A stretch of DNA of 64,000 bases from Flavobacteriales bacterium. Lineage in GTDB: Bacteria > Bacteroidota > Bacteroidia > Flavobacteriales_F > PHOS-HE28. Both the position numbers and the translations under genes were made by a program. The notes beneath the pieces were generated by a model. It worked only from the letters and a program-made list of their open reading frames with translations. It was not told where the DNA came from and searched no databases. Positions within the stretch are counted from its first letter, which is position 1; each line of letters begins with the position of its first letter. The stretch covers positions 136,721 to 200,720 of the forward strand of contig JBGAGX010000003.1 of the NCBI GenBank assembly GCA_044226515.1. Reading direction: 5' to 3'. Positions 28,935-36,332 of this stretch are shown one piece after another.

Positions 28935-31468
28935 TAATGGCTGGCTCGGCGCCGCTCGATGCGTGGTTCATCGCCCAAGGCTGGAGCCCGCAGCCCTTCC
29001 AGCGGGAGGTGTGGGCCCACATGGCTGAAGGGCGCAGTGGCTTGCTGAACGCACCCACCGGCACCGGCAAGACCTATGCGGTCTGGGGTGGTGTGGTGAA
29101 TCACGCGCTTGTCACTCCGGCCATGAGCCGAAGACGCGTAAAGGCTGACCCCGCGATGCCGGGGCCTTCGACAGGCTCAGGCGCCCGGCACGACGATCCC
29201 AAAGGACTGCGCGCCATCTGGATCACGCCCCTGCGCGCGCTGGCCGGCGAGATCGCGGAGAGCGCACAACGCATGTGTGATGGCGTGGGCCTGGACTGGA
29301 AGGTGGGCGTACGCACGGGCGACACCAGCACCAAGGAGCGCGCGGCGCAGAAAAAGGCGCTGCCCCAGCTGCTCGTCACCACACCCGAAAGCCTGCACGT
29401 GCTGCTGGCCACCAAAGGTTACGCGGAGCTTTTCAAGCACCTCGACTGGTTCATCGCCGACGAGTGGCACGAGCTGTTGGGCAGCAAGCGCGGCGTGCAG
29501 GTGGAGCTGGCCCTGAGCCGCCTGAAGGCCTTGCGCCCGCAGCTGGGCATCTGGGGCATCAGCGCGACGATCGGGAACCTGGAGGAGGCGCGGGATGTGC
29601 TGATGGGCGTGCAAGCGTCAAGTCGCAAGGGTCAAGTGTCAAATGACAAGCGATCAGCTGTTCCGCCGGTGCTTGTGCGCAGCACCATCAAGAAACCCAT
29701 TGAGGTCCGCAGCATCATCCCCGAAGAAGTGGAGCGCTACCCCTGGGCCGGGCACCTGGGCCTGAAGCTGGCGCATCGCCTGCTGCCGATCATCGAGCAG
29801 AGCACCAGCACGCTGATCTTCACCAACACCCGCGCGCAGAGCGAGATCTGGTACCATCATCTGCTCGACATCGCGCCGGAGCTGGCGGGCACGATCGCCC
29901 TGCACCACGGCAGTCTGGACCGCGACGTGCGCGAATGGGTGGAGAAGGCGCTGGACGAAGGGCGGCTGAAGGCCGTGGTGTGCACCAGCAGCCTGGACCT
30001 GGGCGTTGACTTCCGTCCGGTGGAGACCGTGGTGCAGGTGGGCGGACCCAAGGGCGTGGCGCGCTTCGTGCAACGCGCCGGGCGCAGCGGGCACCGCCCG
30101 GATGCCGTGAGCCGCATCTGGTTCCTGCCCACGCACGCGCTGGAGCTGGTGGAGGCCTCCGCACTGCGCCAGGCCGCCGAGGAAGGGAGCATCGAGGCGC
30201 GCCAGCCGTTGTTCCGCTGCTTCGATGTGCTGGCGCAATACCTGGTGACCCTGGCCGTGAGCGACGGCTTCTACCCCGCCGCGCTCTACGACGAAGTGCG
30301 ATCGACCTGGTGCTTCCAGGACATCACGCCCGAGGAATGGGACTGGCTGCTCACCTTCATCACCACGGGAGGAAAGAGCCTCACGGCCTACGAGGAGTTC
30401 CGCAAGGCCGTGGTGGATGAGGACGGCATGGTCCGCGTACACGACCGCCGCATCGCGCTGCGCCACAAGCTCAGCATCGGCACCATCGTGGGCAGCGAGA
30501 GCTACGCGGTGAAGTTGATCGGCGGCGGGCGTATCGGCACGGTGGAGGAATGGTTCATCAACCAGCTGAAGCCCGGCGACGTGTTCTGGTTCGCGGGGCG
30601 CAGCCTGGAATTCGTGCGTGTGCAGGGGCTGGTGGCGCAGGTGCGCAAGAGCCGCGAGCAGAAGGGCAAGATCCCCAGCTGGCAGGGCGGCCGCATGCCC
30701 CTGAGCAGCTACATGGCCAAGGTGCTGCGCGCGCAGCTCACCGATCCCGGAAGCAACGTGGAGATGGCCGCCGTGCAGCCCATCCTGGAGCGCCAGCGCG
30801 AAACGAGCATCGTACCCAGCGAGGACGAGCTGCTGATCGAGCGCTTCGAGAGCCGCGAGGGGCACCACGTGGTGATCTACCCCTTCGAGGGGCGTTTGGT
30901 GCACGAGGCCATGGGCTCGCTCCTCGCCTTCCGCATGAGCCTGCTGAAGCCCATCACCTTCAGCATCGCCATGAACGACTACGGCTTCGAGCTGCTCAGC
31001 GACCAGCCCATCCCCATCGAGGAGGCGCTGGACAACGACCTGTTCAGTCCGCAGGACCTGCTGAGCGACCTGCAGCGCAGCCTCAACGCCACCGAAATGG
31101 CCAAGCGCAAGTTCCGCGACATCGCCAGCATCGCGGGGCTCGTGTTCAAGGGCATGCCCGGGCGTCCGCTGAAGGAGCGCCACATGCGCGCCAACAGCGG
31201 CCTCTTCTTCGATGTGTTCCGCGAGCACGAGCCCGACCACCTGCTGCTGCGCCAGGCCTACGACGAGGCTTTCGATGTGCAGATGGAACTGCCGCGCATG
31301 CGCGAAGCCTTGGAGCGCATCCAGCGCCAGCGCATCGTGCTGAAGGACCCGGGCCGGTTCACGCCCTTCGCCTTCCCCATCCTCGTGGACCGCCTGCGCG
31401 AGAAGCTCACCAGCGAGCAGTTGGAAGATAGGATCCGGAAGATGACGGAGCGGTTGGAGAAGGCGTGA
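28910..31468 (+). CDS. Ligase-associated DEXH-box (Lhr-like) helicase
   Basis: APTGTGKT, TPESL, DEWHEL, SAT, HHGSL, QRAGRSGH; start at ATG 28910 (ATGA overlap) or ATG 28937. Confidence 0.92.
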   Translation: MIRRSDDQIMAGSAPLDAWFIAQGWSPQPFQREVWAHMAEGRSGLLNAPTGTGKTYAVWGGVVNHALVTPAMSRRRVKADPAMPGPSTGSGARHDDPKGLRAIWITPLRALAGEIAESAQRMCDGVGLDWKVGVRTGDTSTKERAAQKKALPQLLVTTPESLHVLLATKGYAELFKHLDWFIADEWHELLGSKRGVQVELALSRLKALRPQLGIWGISATIGNLEEARDVLMGVQASSRKGQVSNDKRSAVPPVLVRSTIKKPIEVRSIIPEEVERYPWAGHLGLKLAHRLLPIIEQSTSTLIFTNTRAQSEIWYHHLLDIAPELAGTIALHHGSLDRDVREWVEKALDEGRLKAVVCTSSLDLGVDFRPVETVVQVGGPKGVARFVQRAGRSGHRPDAVSRIWFLPTHALELVEASALRQAAEEGSIEARQPLFRCFDVLAQYLVTLAVSDGFYPAALYDEVRSTWCFQDITPEEWDWLLTFITTGGKSLTAYEEFRKAVVDEDGMVRVHDRRIALRHKLSIGTIVGSESYAVKLIGGGRIGTVEEWFINQLKPGDVFWFAGRSLEFVRVQGLVAQVRKSREQKGKIPSWQGGRMPLSSYMAKVLRAQLTDPGSNVEMAAVQPILERQRETSIVPSEDELLIERFESREGHHVVIYPFEGRLVHEAMGSLLAFRMSLLKPITFSIAMNDYGFELLSDQPIPIEEALDNDLFSPQDLLSDLQRSLNATEMAKRKFRDIASIAGLVFKGMPGRPLKERHMRANSGLFFDVFREHEPDHLLLRQAYDEAFDVQMELPRMREALERIQRQRIVLKDPGRFTPFAFPILVDRLREKLTSEQLEDRIRKMTERLEKA

Positions 31469-31493
31469 ACGTCCCCTCGGGGCCGCTTCGCTG

Positions 31494-31530
31494 GTTTTGA
31501 GTTTTCTAAAGTTGTACTTTAGGATTCTCA
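31494..31530. repeat. 37-bp dyad-symmetric element, copy 1
   Basis: GTTTTGAGTTTTCTAAAGTTGTACTTTAGGATTCTCA; core CTAAAGT-TGT-ACTTTAG. Confidence 0.9.
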
Positions 31531-31533
31531 AAC

Positions 31534-32706
31534 ATGCGCTACACCGACCGCGACCTTGGGAACGTCCTGTTGAAGGCCTCCCGCTCCTTCCCCGCCGTGG
31601 TGCTCACGGGTCCGCGCCGCGCGGGCAAGACCGTGCTGCTGCGGAAGCTCTTTCCCAAGGCCTCATATACCCTGCTGGAGGACCCCGACGTGATCGCCCG
31701 CATGCGCGCCGACCCGCAGGGCTTCCTCGATGAGCTGAAGCTGCCCGCGATCCTCGACGAGGTGCAGAACGTGCCCGAGCTCTTCTCCTACGTACGCTCC
31801 CGCATCGACCAAAACCCACGGCGCACGGGTCAGTGGTTCCTCACCGGCTCGCAGGAGGCCGCGCTCATGGGCGGTGTCACCGAATCGATGGCGGGGCGCG
31901 CGGCCGTGCTGCAGCTGTACCCCTTGTCCATCACGGAATCGCCGCGCGTGGGCCTGCTGCACGGCGGCTACCCCGAGGCCATAGCGCGGCCCAAGGGTGC
32001 GGGGCTGTGGTTCAGCAGCTACGTGCAGACCTACCTGGAGCGTGATGTGCGCGCCGTGACCAACGTGCGCGATCTGGCCACCTTCCGGCGCTTCATGGCC
32101 CTACTGGCCACCCGGCACGGGCAGGTGCTCAACCGCACCGAGCTGGCCGCTCCGTTGGGCGTGAGCGTGCCCACCATCAACCAGTGGCTGGGCGTGCTGG
32201 AGACCACCCAGCAGCTGCTCATCGTGCCGCCCTTCTACGAGAACCTGGGCAAGCGCCTCATCAAGTCGCCCAAGGTGTACTACGCCGACAGCGGGCTGGC
32301 CTGCCACCTGCTGGGCATCACCACGGCGGACGAGCTGGAGCGCTCGCCCTTCCTGGGCGCCCTGTGGGAGGGCTTCGTGGCCGCCGAGCTCATCAAGCGG
32401 CAGGTGAACAGCGGCCAGCGCCGCGCGCTCTACCACTTCCGCGACCAGCAGGGGCTGGAGGTGGACTTCCTGGTGCCCACGCCCAACGGCGGGGTGGACA
32501 TGATCGAGTGCAAGGCCTCGCGCACACCCGTGCCCGGCATGGCCGCCGCATTGGCACAGCTCACCAAGGCCTTCGAAGAAAAGCGCAGGCTCGCCCGCCC
32601 CGCACGTTGCTTCATCCTGCACCGGAAGGGCGACCGGCGAACGCCGGAAAGCCTTGCCCATGGCGTGAAAGCGATGGAGCTGGCGGCGTGGTTGGAGCGG
32701 GCTTAA
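31534..32706 (+). CDS. AAA+ ATPase with DUF4143 domain
   Basis: Walker A GPRRAGKT, ILDEVQ, LTGSQ, GGYPE, YLERDV, KSPKVYYADSGL, EVDF..IECK. Confidence 0.9.
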   Translation: MRYTDRDLGNVLLKASRSFPAVVLTGPRRAGKTVLLRKLFPKASYTLLEDPDVIARMRADPQGFLDELKLPAILDEVQNVPELFSYVRSRIDQNPRRTGQWFLTGSQEAALMGGVTESMAGRAAVLQLYPLSITESPRVGLLHGGYPEAIARPKGAGLWFSSYVQTYLERDVRAVTNVRDLATFRRFMALLATRHGQVLNRTELAAPLGVSVPTINQWLGVLETTQQLLIVPPFYENLGKRLIKSPKVYYADSGLACHLLGITTADELERSPFLGALWEGFVAAELIKRQVNSGQRRALYHFRDQQGLEVDFLVPTPNGGVDMIECKASRTPVPGMAAALAQLTKAFEEKRRLARPARCFILHRKGDRRTPESLAHGVKAMELAAWLERA

Positions 32707-32717
32707 GACTCTGGGCT

Positions 32718-32754
32718 GTTTTGAGGTTTTTAAAGTTGTACTTTAGGAATCTCA
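32718..32754. repeat. 37-bp dyad-symmetric element, copy 2
   Basis: GTTTTGAGGTTTTTAAAGTTGTACTTTAGGAATCTCA, 34/37 identical to copy 1. Confidence 0.9.
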
Positions 32755-32795
32755 TGAACGGGCACGCCCGCCATCGTACTTCCACGCGGCCCTTT

Positions 32796-33051
32796 CCGGT
32801 CACTTGTGAAGCATCGGCCACTGCGCCATCCGCCGTACGCCGGACCACCCACCCCTTGGAGCAAGGCACCCACCTTCGCTACATTCAGGCCCTGTTGGGG
32901 CACGCCAGCAGTAAGATACCTTCGCCAAGGCTACGGAGAACAAAGAGAGAGCTACACCCACGTGTCCGCCATAGCTTCAGCGACGGCGGATGTGAGCACC
33001 CGCTACCTGCAAGGCATCGTGAACCCCATGGACAACTTGGACACACCTTGA
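32796..33051 (+). pseudogene. C-terminal remnant of a tyrosine recombinase (integron-integrase-like tail)
   Basis: Fragments across two frames: PVT..LRH..YA..TH.LEQGT.LRYIQALLGHASSK..YTHVS..TRYLQGIVNPMDNL*; interrupted by palindromic inserts. Confidence 0.8.
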
Positions 33052-33182
33052 CGACATCTTCGTCAAAACCTTCGTAAAACCAACCCCAATTGACCGATAG
33101 CACGAAGATCCTCCACAGCCGATACTTCCGGCGATAAACGAAGATCTTCGTATACCCAACGTTAGCTGCAAGCTCACAAACT

Positions 33183-33641
33183 ATGACTAGAAAAGTTATT
33201 ATGAAAGTAACTTTTGCCGTACTCTCTTGTTTCTTATTAACCAGCTGTTACTTTGGCGCAAATGAATCAGGAGGAGAAATAGTAAACAATGTTTACAGCG
33301 CTAGATGGGATGATGACTCCTGGATTTCCTATAGCAAAAATGGCGATGGTATTTGGGATCCGGAAAACGTTATAGTTCGTCATCAAGTTTTTGCAATTGG
33401 GGACTATGATGACTTTATTATCGCAAAACAGCATCCCTGCAAAAACAAACAACCTCACACCATTGACTTTGACGATTTAAAGCCTGACAAAGACATTACT
33501 ATTTATGTAATCATAGATACAAGAAACGACAGCTACATAGTGCATCGTTATCAAAATGAAAATGATTTCAATGAAGCAAAATCGCAATTTGGGATTCCTG
33601 TTAATTTGACTTACAAGTTTTACGCTAAAGAAATTGATTAA
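33183..33641 (+). CDS. AT-rich lipoprotein (DUF3997-like), putative gene cassette ORF
   Basis: Lipobox LTSC; IGDYDDFIIAKQHP motif; strongly AT-rich relative to the flanks. Confidence 0.75.
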   Translation: MTRKVIMKVTFAVLSCFLLTSCYFGANESGGEIVNNVYSARWDDDSWISYSKNGDGIWDPENVIVRHQVFAIGDYDDFIIAKQHPCKNKQPHTIDFDDLKPDKDITIYVIIDTRNDSYIVHRYQNENDFNEAKSQFGIPVNLTYKFYAKEID

Positions 33642-33648
33642 CACCAGC

Positions 33649-33708
33649 AGCTAACAAAGTGTATAGTGCATCCCCTGCGGGATACGCACCATACACAGAA
33701 CGTTGAAC
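33649..33708 (+). mobile_element. attC-like (59-be-like) recombination site
   Basis: AGCTAAC, then the GTGTATAGTGC / GCACCATACAC inverted pair, central ATCCC-CTGC-GGGAT, then GTTGAAC; 60 bp. Confidence 0.75.
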
Positions 33709-33867
33709 GCAATCGCTCGCAGGGCCTCGCGCCGGCGTTCAACACTTGAATGACCACCGCCTGTAGGGAGCACGCGCCGCCCGCTCAGCCCCCCAAGGAT
33801 CGCCGAACCCCGTCCCTGCCGTTCGCCGCTGACCCCGCATCTTCGGGCTGCACCGATCGCCATCCGC

Positions 33868-35166
33868 ATGCGTCCCCCCGCCCTGCTGACCGCCCTCAGC
33901 CTCTGCATCAACGTCCACGCCCAAGGCCCCGACCTGGTGGGCTACTGGCACAACTGGAACGACGGCAACGTGCCCTATCTGGAGCTTAGCCAGGTGGACC
34001 CGCGCTACACGGTGATCGAGGTGAGCTTCGCCGTACCTGCGGCGGGCAGCACGTCCGACATGGTGTTCGCCCCGGCCGAGACCGCGCCCGCCACCTTCAT
34101 CGCCGATGTGGCCGCACTGCAGGCCCAGGGGAAGAAGGTCCTGATCAGCATCGGCGGTGCCAACGCCACGGTGCATTTGGACAGCGATGCCGAGCGCGAC
34201 CAGTTCGTGAGCAGCATGCTGGGCATCCTCGACACTTACGGCTTCGACGGCATCGACATCGACCTGGAGGGCGCGTCGGTGGCCATCAGCGGCGGCACCA
34301 TCGCCAACCCCACCGATGCCCGCATCACCCGCCTGATCGACGCGGTGAACAGCATCGCCGACCAGTACGAGGCCGCGAACGGCGTGCCGATGATGCTGAC
34401 CATGGCCCCGGAGACCGCCTACGTACAGGGCGGCATGAGCGCGTACGGCGGCATCTGGGGCGCGTACCTGCCGGTCATCGATGCACTGCGGAACCGGCTG
34501 GACATCCTGCAGGTGCAGTTGTACAACAGCGGCAGCCTATACGGCATCGACGGTGGCATCTACACCCAGGGCACGGCCGACTTCATCGTGAGCCAGACCG
34601 AGGCACTGCTGCAGGGCTTCACCACGGGCGGCGGCTTCTTCGCGCCGCTGCCGCCGGAGAAGGTGGCCATCGGCCTGCCCGCCTGTCCGCTCGCGGCCGG
34701 TGGCGGCTACGTTTCGCCTGCCGTGCTGGGGCAGGCCGTGGACTACCTGCGCGGCGCGGGTCCGCAGCCGGGCAGCTACCAACGTGTGGCCACCTACCCC
34801 ACCCTGCGCGGGTTGATGACCTGGAGCATCAATTGGGACGCGGTGAGCACCTGCGCCGCGGCCGACGAGTACGCCCAGGCCTATGCGGACATCTTCGGCA
34901 TTTCGACCGCGGTGGCGGAACCGTCCGATGCGGGCGTCCTCATCGGGCCCGTTCCGGTGGCGACGGGTGAACCGCTGTCCATCCGCGGGCTGCGGCCGGG
35001 CGATGCCGTACGGCTGCTCGATGCCACGGGTCGCCTGGTGCTCGAGACCGGAGCGCGTTCCGCCGTTCAGGACCTGAGGATCGACCAAGCCCCGGGCCTG
35101 TGCACCGTGAGCGTGCTGCGGGCCGGCACGGTGGTGCATGTGCAGCGCGTGGTGGTGATGCCTTGA
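33868..35166 (+). CDS. Secreted GH18 chitinase with probable degenerate T9SS CTD
   Basis: LVGYWHNW, KKVLISIGGA, catalytic FDGIDIDLE, QLYNSG, GLMTWSINWD. Confidence 0.88.
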   Translation: MRPPALLTALSLCINVHAQGPDLVGYWHNWNDGNVPYLELSQVDPRYTVIEVSFAVPAAGSTSDMVFAPAETAPATFIADVAALQAQGKKVLISIGGANATVHLDSDAERDQFVSSMLGILDTYGFDGIDIDLEGASVAISGGTIANPTDARITRLIDAVNSIADQYEAANGVPMMLTMAPETAYVQGGMSAYGGIWGAYLPVIDALRNRLDILQVQLYNSGSLYGIDGGIYTQGTADFIVSQTEALLQGFTTGGGFFAPLPPEKVAIGLPACPLAAGGGYVSPAVLGQAVDYLRGAGPQPGSYQRVATYPTLRGLMTWSINWDAVSTCAAADEYAQAYADIFGISTAVAEPSDAGVLIGPVPVATGEPLSIRGLRPGDAVRLLDATGRLVLETGARSAVQDLRIDQAPGLCTVSVLRAGTVVHVQRVVVMP

Positions 35167-35212
35167 GCCGTGGCACTTGCCTGCCATGGTCGGCCCGCGC
35201 TACCTTGGGCTC

Positions 35213-35896
35213 ATGCTCACGGCGGAGATCGACCTTGCGGGTGAACGGATGGTGCTGAGCCCCTACCGTGCGCTGTATTGGCCACGCATGCGCTGGCTCT
35301 TGCTGAGCGACGCCCACCTGGGCAAGGCGGCGCACTTCCGCAAGGCCGGCCTTCCGCTCCCCGACGTGCACGACGACCAGCTGCTGGACCGGCTCGGCTG
35401 GCTGATCCGGGAGTACGGTGCGGACCGGGTGGTGGTGCTCGGCGACCTGTTCCACAGCGCCTACAACAGCAGCTGGGACCTCTTTCAGCTCTGGCTGGAG
35501 CGGGTGCCCTGCGAGGTGCACCTGGTGCTGGGCAACCACGACGTGCTCGCCGACCGGCGTTACCTGGAGGCGGGACTGAAGCTCCACGACGAGGTGCTGC
35601 TGGAGGGCCCCTTCGCGCTCACCCACGAGCCCCGCCTCGTTCCCGGGCACTATACCCTGGCCGGCCACCTGCACCCCGGTGTGCACCTGGAGGGCCTGGG
35701 GCGCCAGCACCTGCGGCTGCCCTGCTTCTGGTTCGGGGCTGAACGGGGCGTGGTGCCGGCCTTCGGCACCGCCACCGGCCTGCATGTGGTGGAGCCGGCC
35801 CCGCTCGACCGCTGCTTCGCCGTGACCGAGCGCAGCGTGATCGACGTGAGCGGGCTGCAGGGCGCCCGCCGGGCCCAACGGGGCCGCACCTCCTGA
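35213..35896 (+). CDS. pdeM: Ligase-associated DNA damage response metallophosphoesterase/endonuclease
   Basis: LLSDAHLGKA, VLGDLFH, LGNHD, THEP, AGHLHP, PAFG. Confidence 0.85.
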   Translation: MLTAEIDLAGERMVLSPYRALYWPRMRWLLLSDAHLGKAAHFRKAGLPLPDVHDDQLLDRLGWLIREYGADRVVVLGDLFHSAYNSSWDLFQLWLERVPCEVHLVLGNHDVLADRRYLEAGLKLHDEVLLEGPFALTHEPRLVPGHYTLAGHLHPGVHLEGLGRQHLRLPCFWFGAERGVVPAFGTATGLHVVEPAPLDRCFAVTERSVIDVSGLQGARRAQRGRTS

Positions 35897-35957
35897 CATC
35901 CGGAAAAGCGGAAGCCCCCGCCAAGGCAGGGGCTCCCAACGCTGGTAAGGGCTACGC

Positions 35958-36215
35958 TTACTTGCCGGTGTGGCGGGCGTAGCGCTTGTTGAACTTGTCC
36001 ACGCGACCGGCGGTGTCGATCAGCATCATCTTGCCGGTGTAGAACGGGTGCGAGGTGTTGCTGATGTCCAGCTTGATGAGCGGGTACTCATTGCCGTCCT
36101 CCCACTTCACGGAGTCCTTCGTGTTGGCGCAGCTCTTGCCCAGGAACATGTGCTCATTGCTCATGTCCTTGAAGACCACGGTGCGGTAGTTCTCGGGGTG
36201 GATGCCCTTTTTCAT
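35958..36215 (-). CDS. rpmE2: 50S ribosomal protein L31 type B
   Basis: [38 protein letters not shown]. Confidence 0.95.
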   Translation of the reverse strand: MKKGIHPENYRTVVFKDMSNEHMFLGKSCANTKDSVKWEDGNEYPLIKLDISNTSHPFYTGKMMLIDTAGRVDKFNKRYARHTGK

Positions 36216-36332
36216 GACGAAGCGATTTCGGGCCGCGAATATAGCACCTTTCTTCGAGACCCGATCCCTTCCCGGGCAATGATCCGGCGATCACCTGCGT
36301 ATCCTAGGCCGGAACCGCCATCTTTGCAGGCC

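Noticed and set aside
26218-31468. Exonuclease-ligase-helicase cluster as a novel defence system
   Set aside because: It is the already described ligase-associated DNA-damage-response cluster; only its interruptions are unusual.
31494-32754. 37-bp repeats starting GTTTTGAG as a CRISPR array
   Set aside because: Only two copies, separated by a 1.19-kb gene-bearing segment rather than a 30-40-nt spacer; no cas genes in the window.
33868-35166. Chitinase as a second integron cassette
   Set aside because: Host-like GC content and no attC-like palindrome or inverse core site after its stop.
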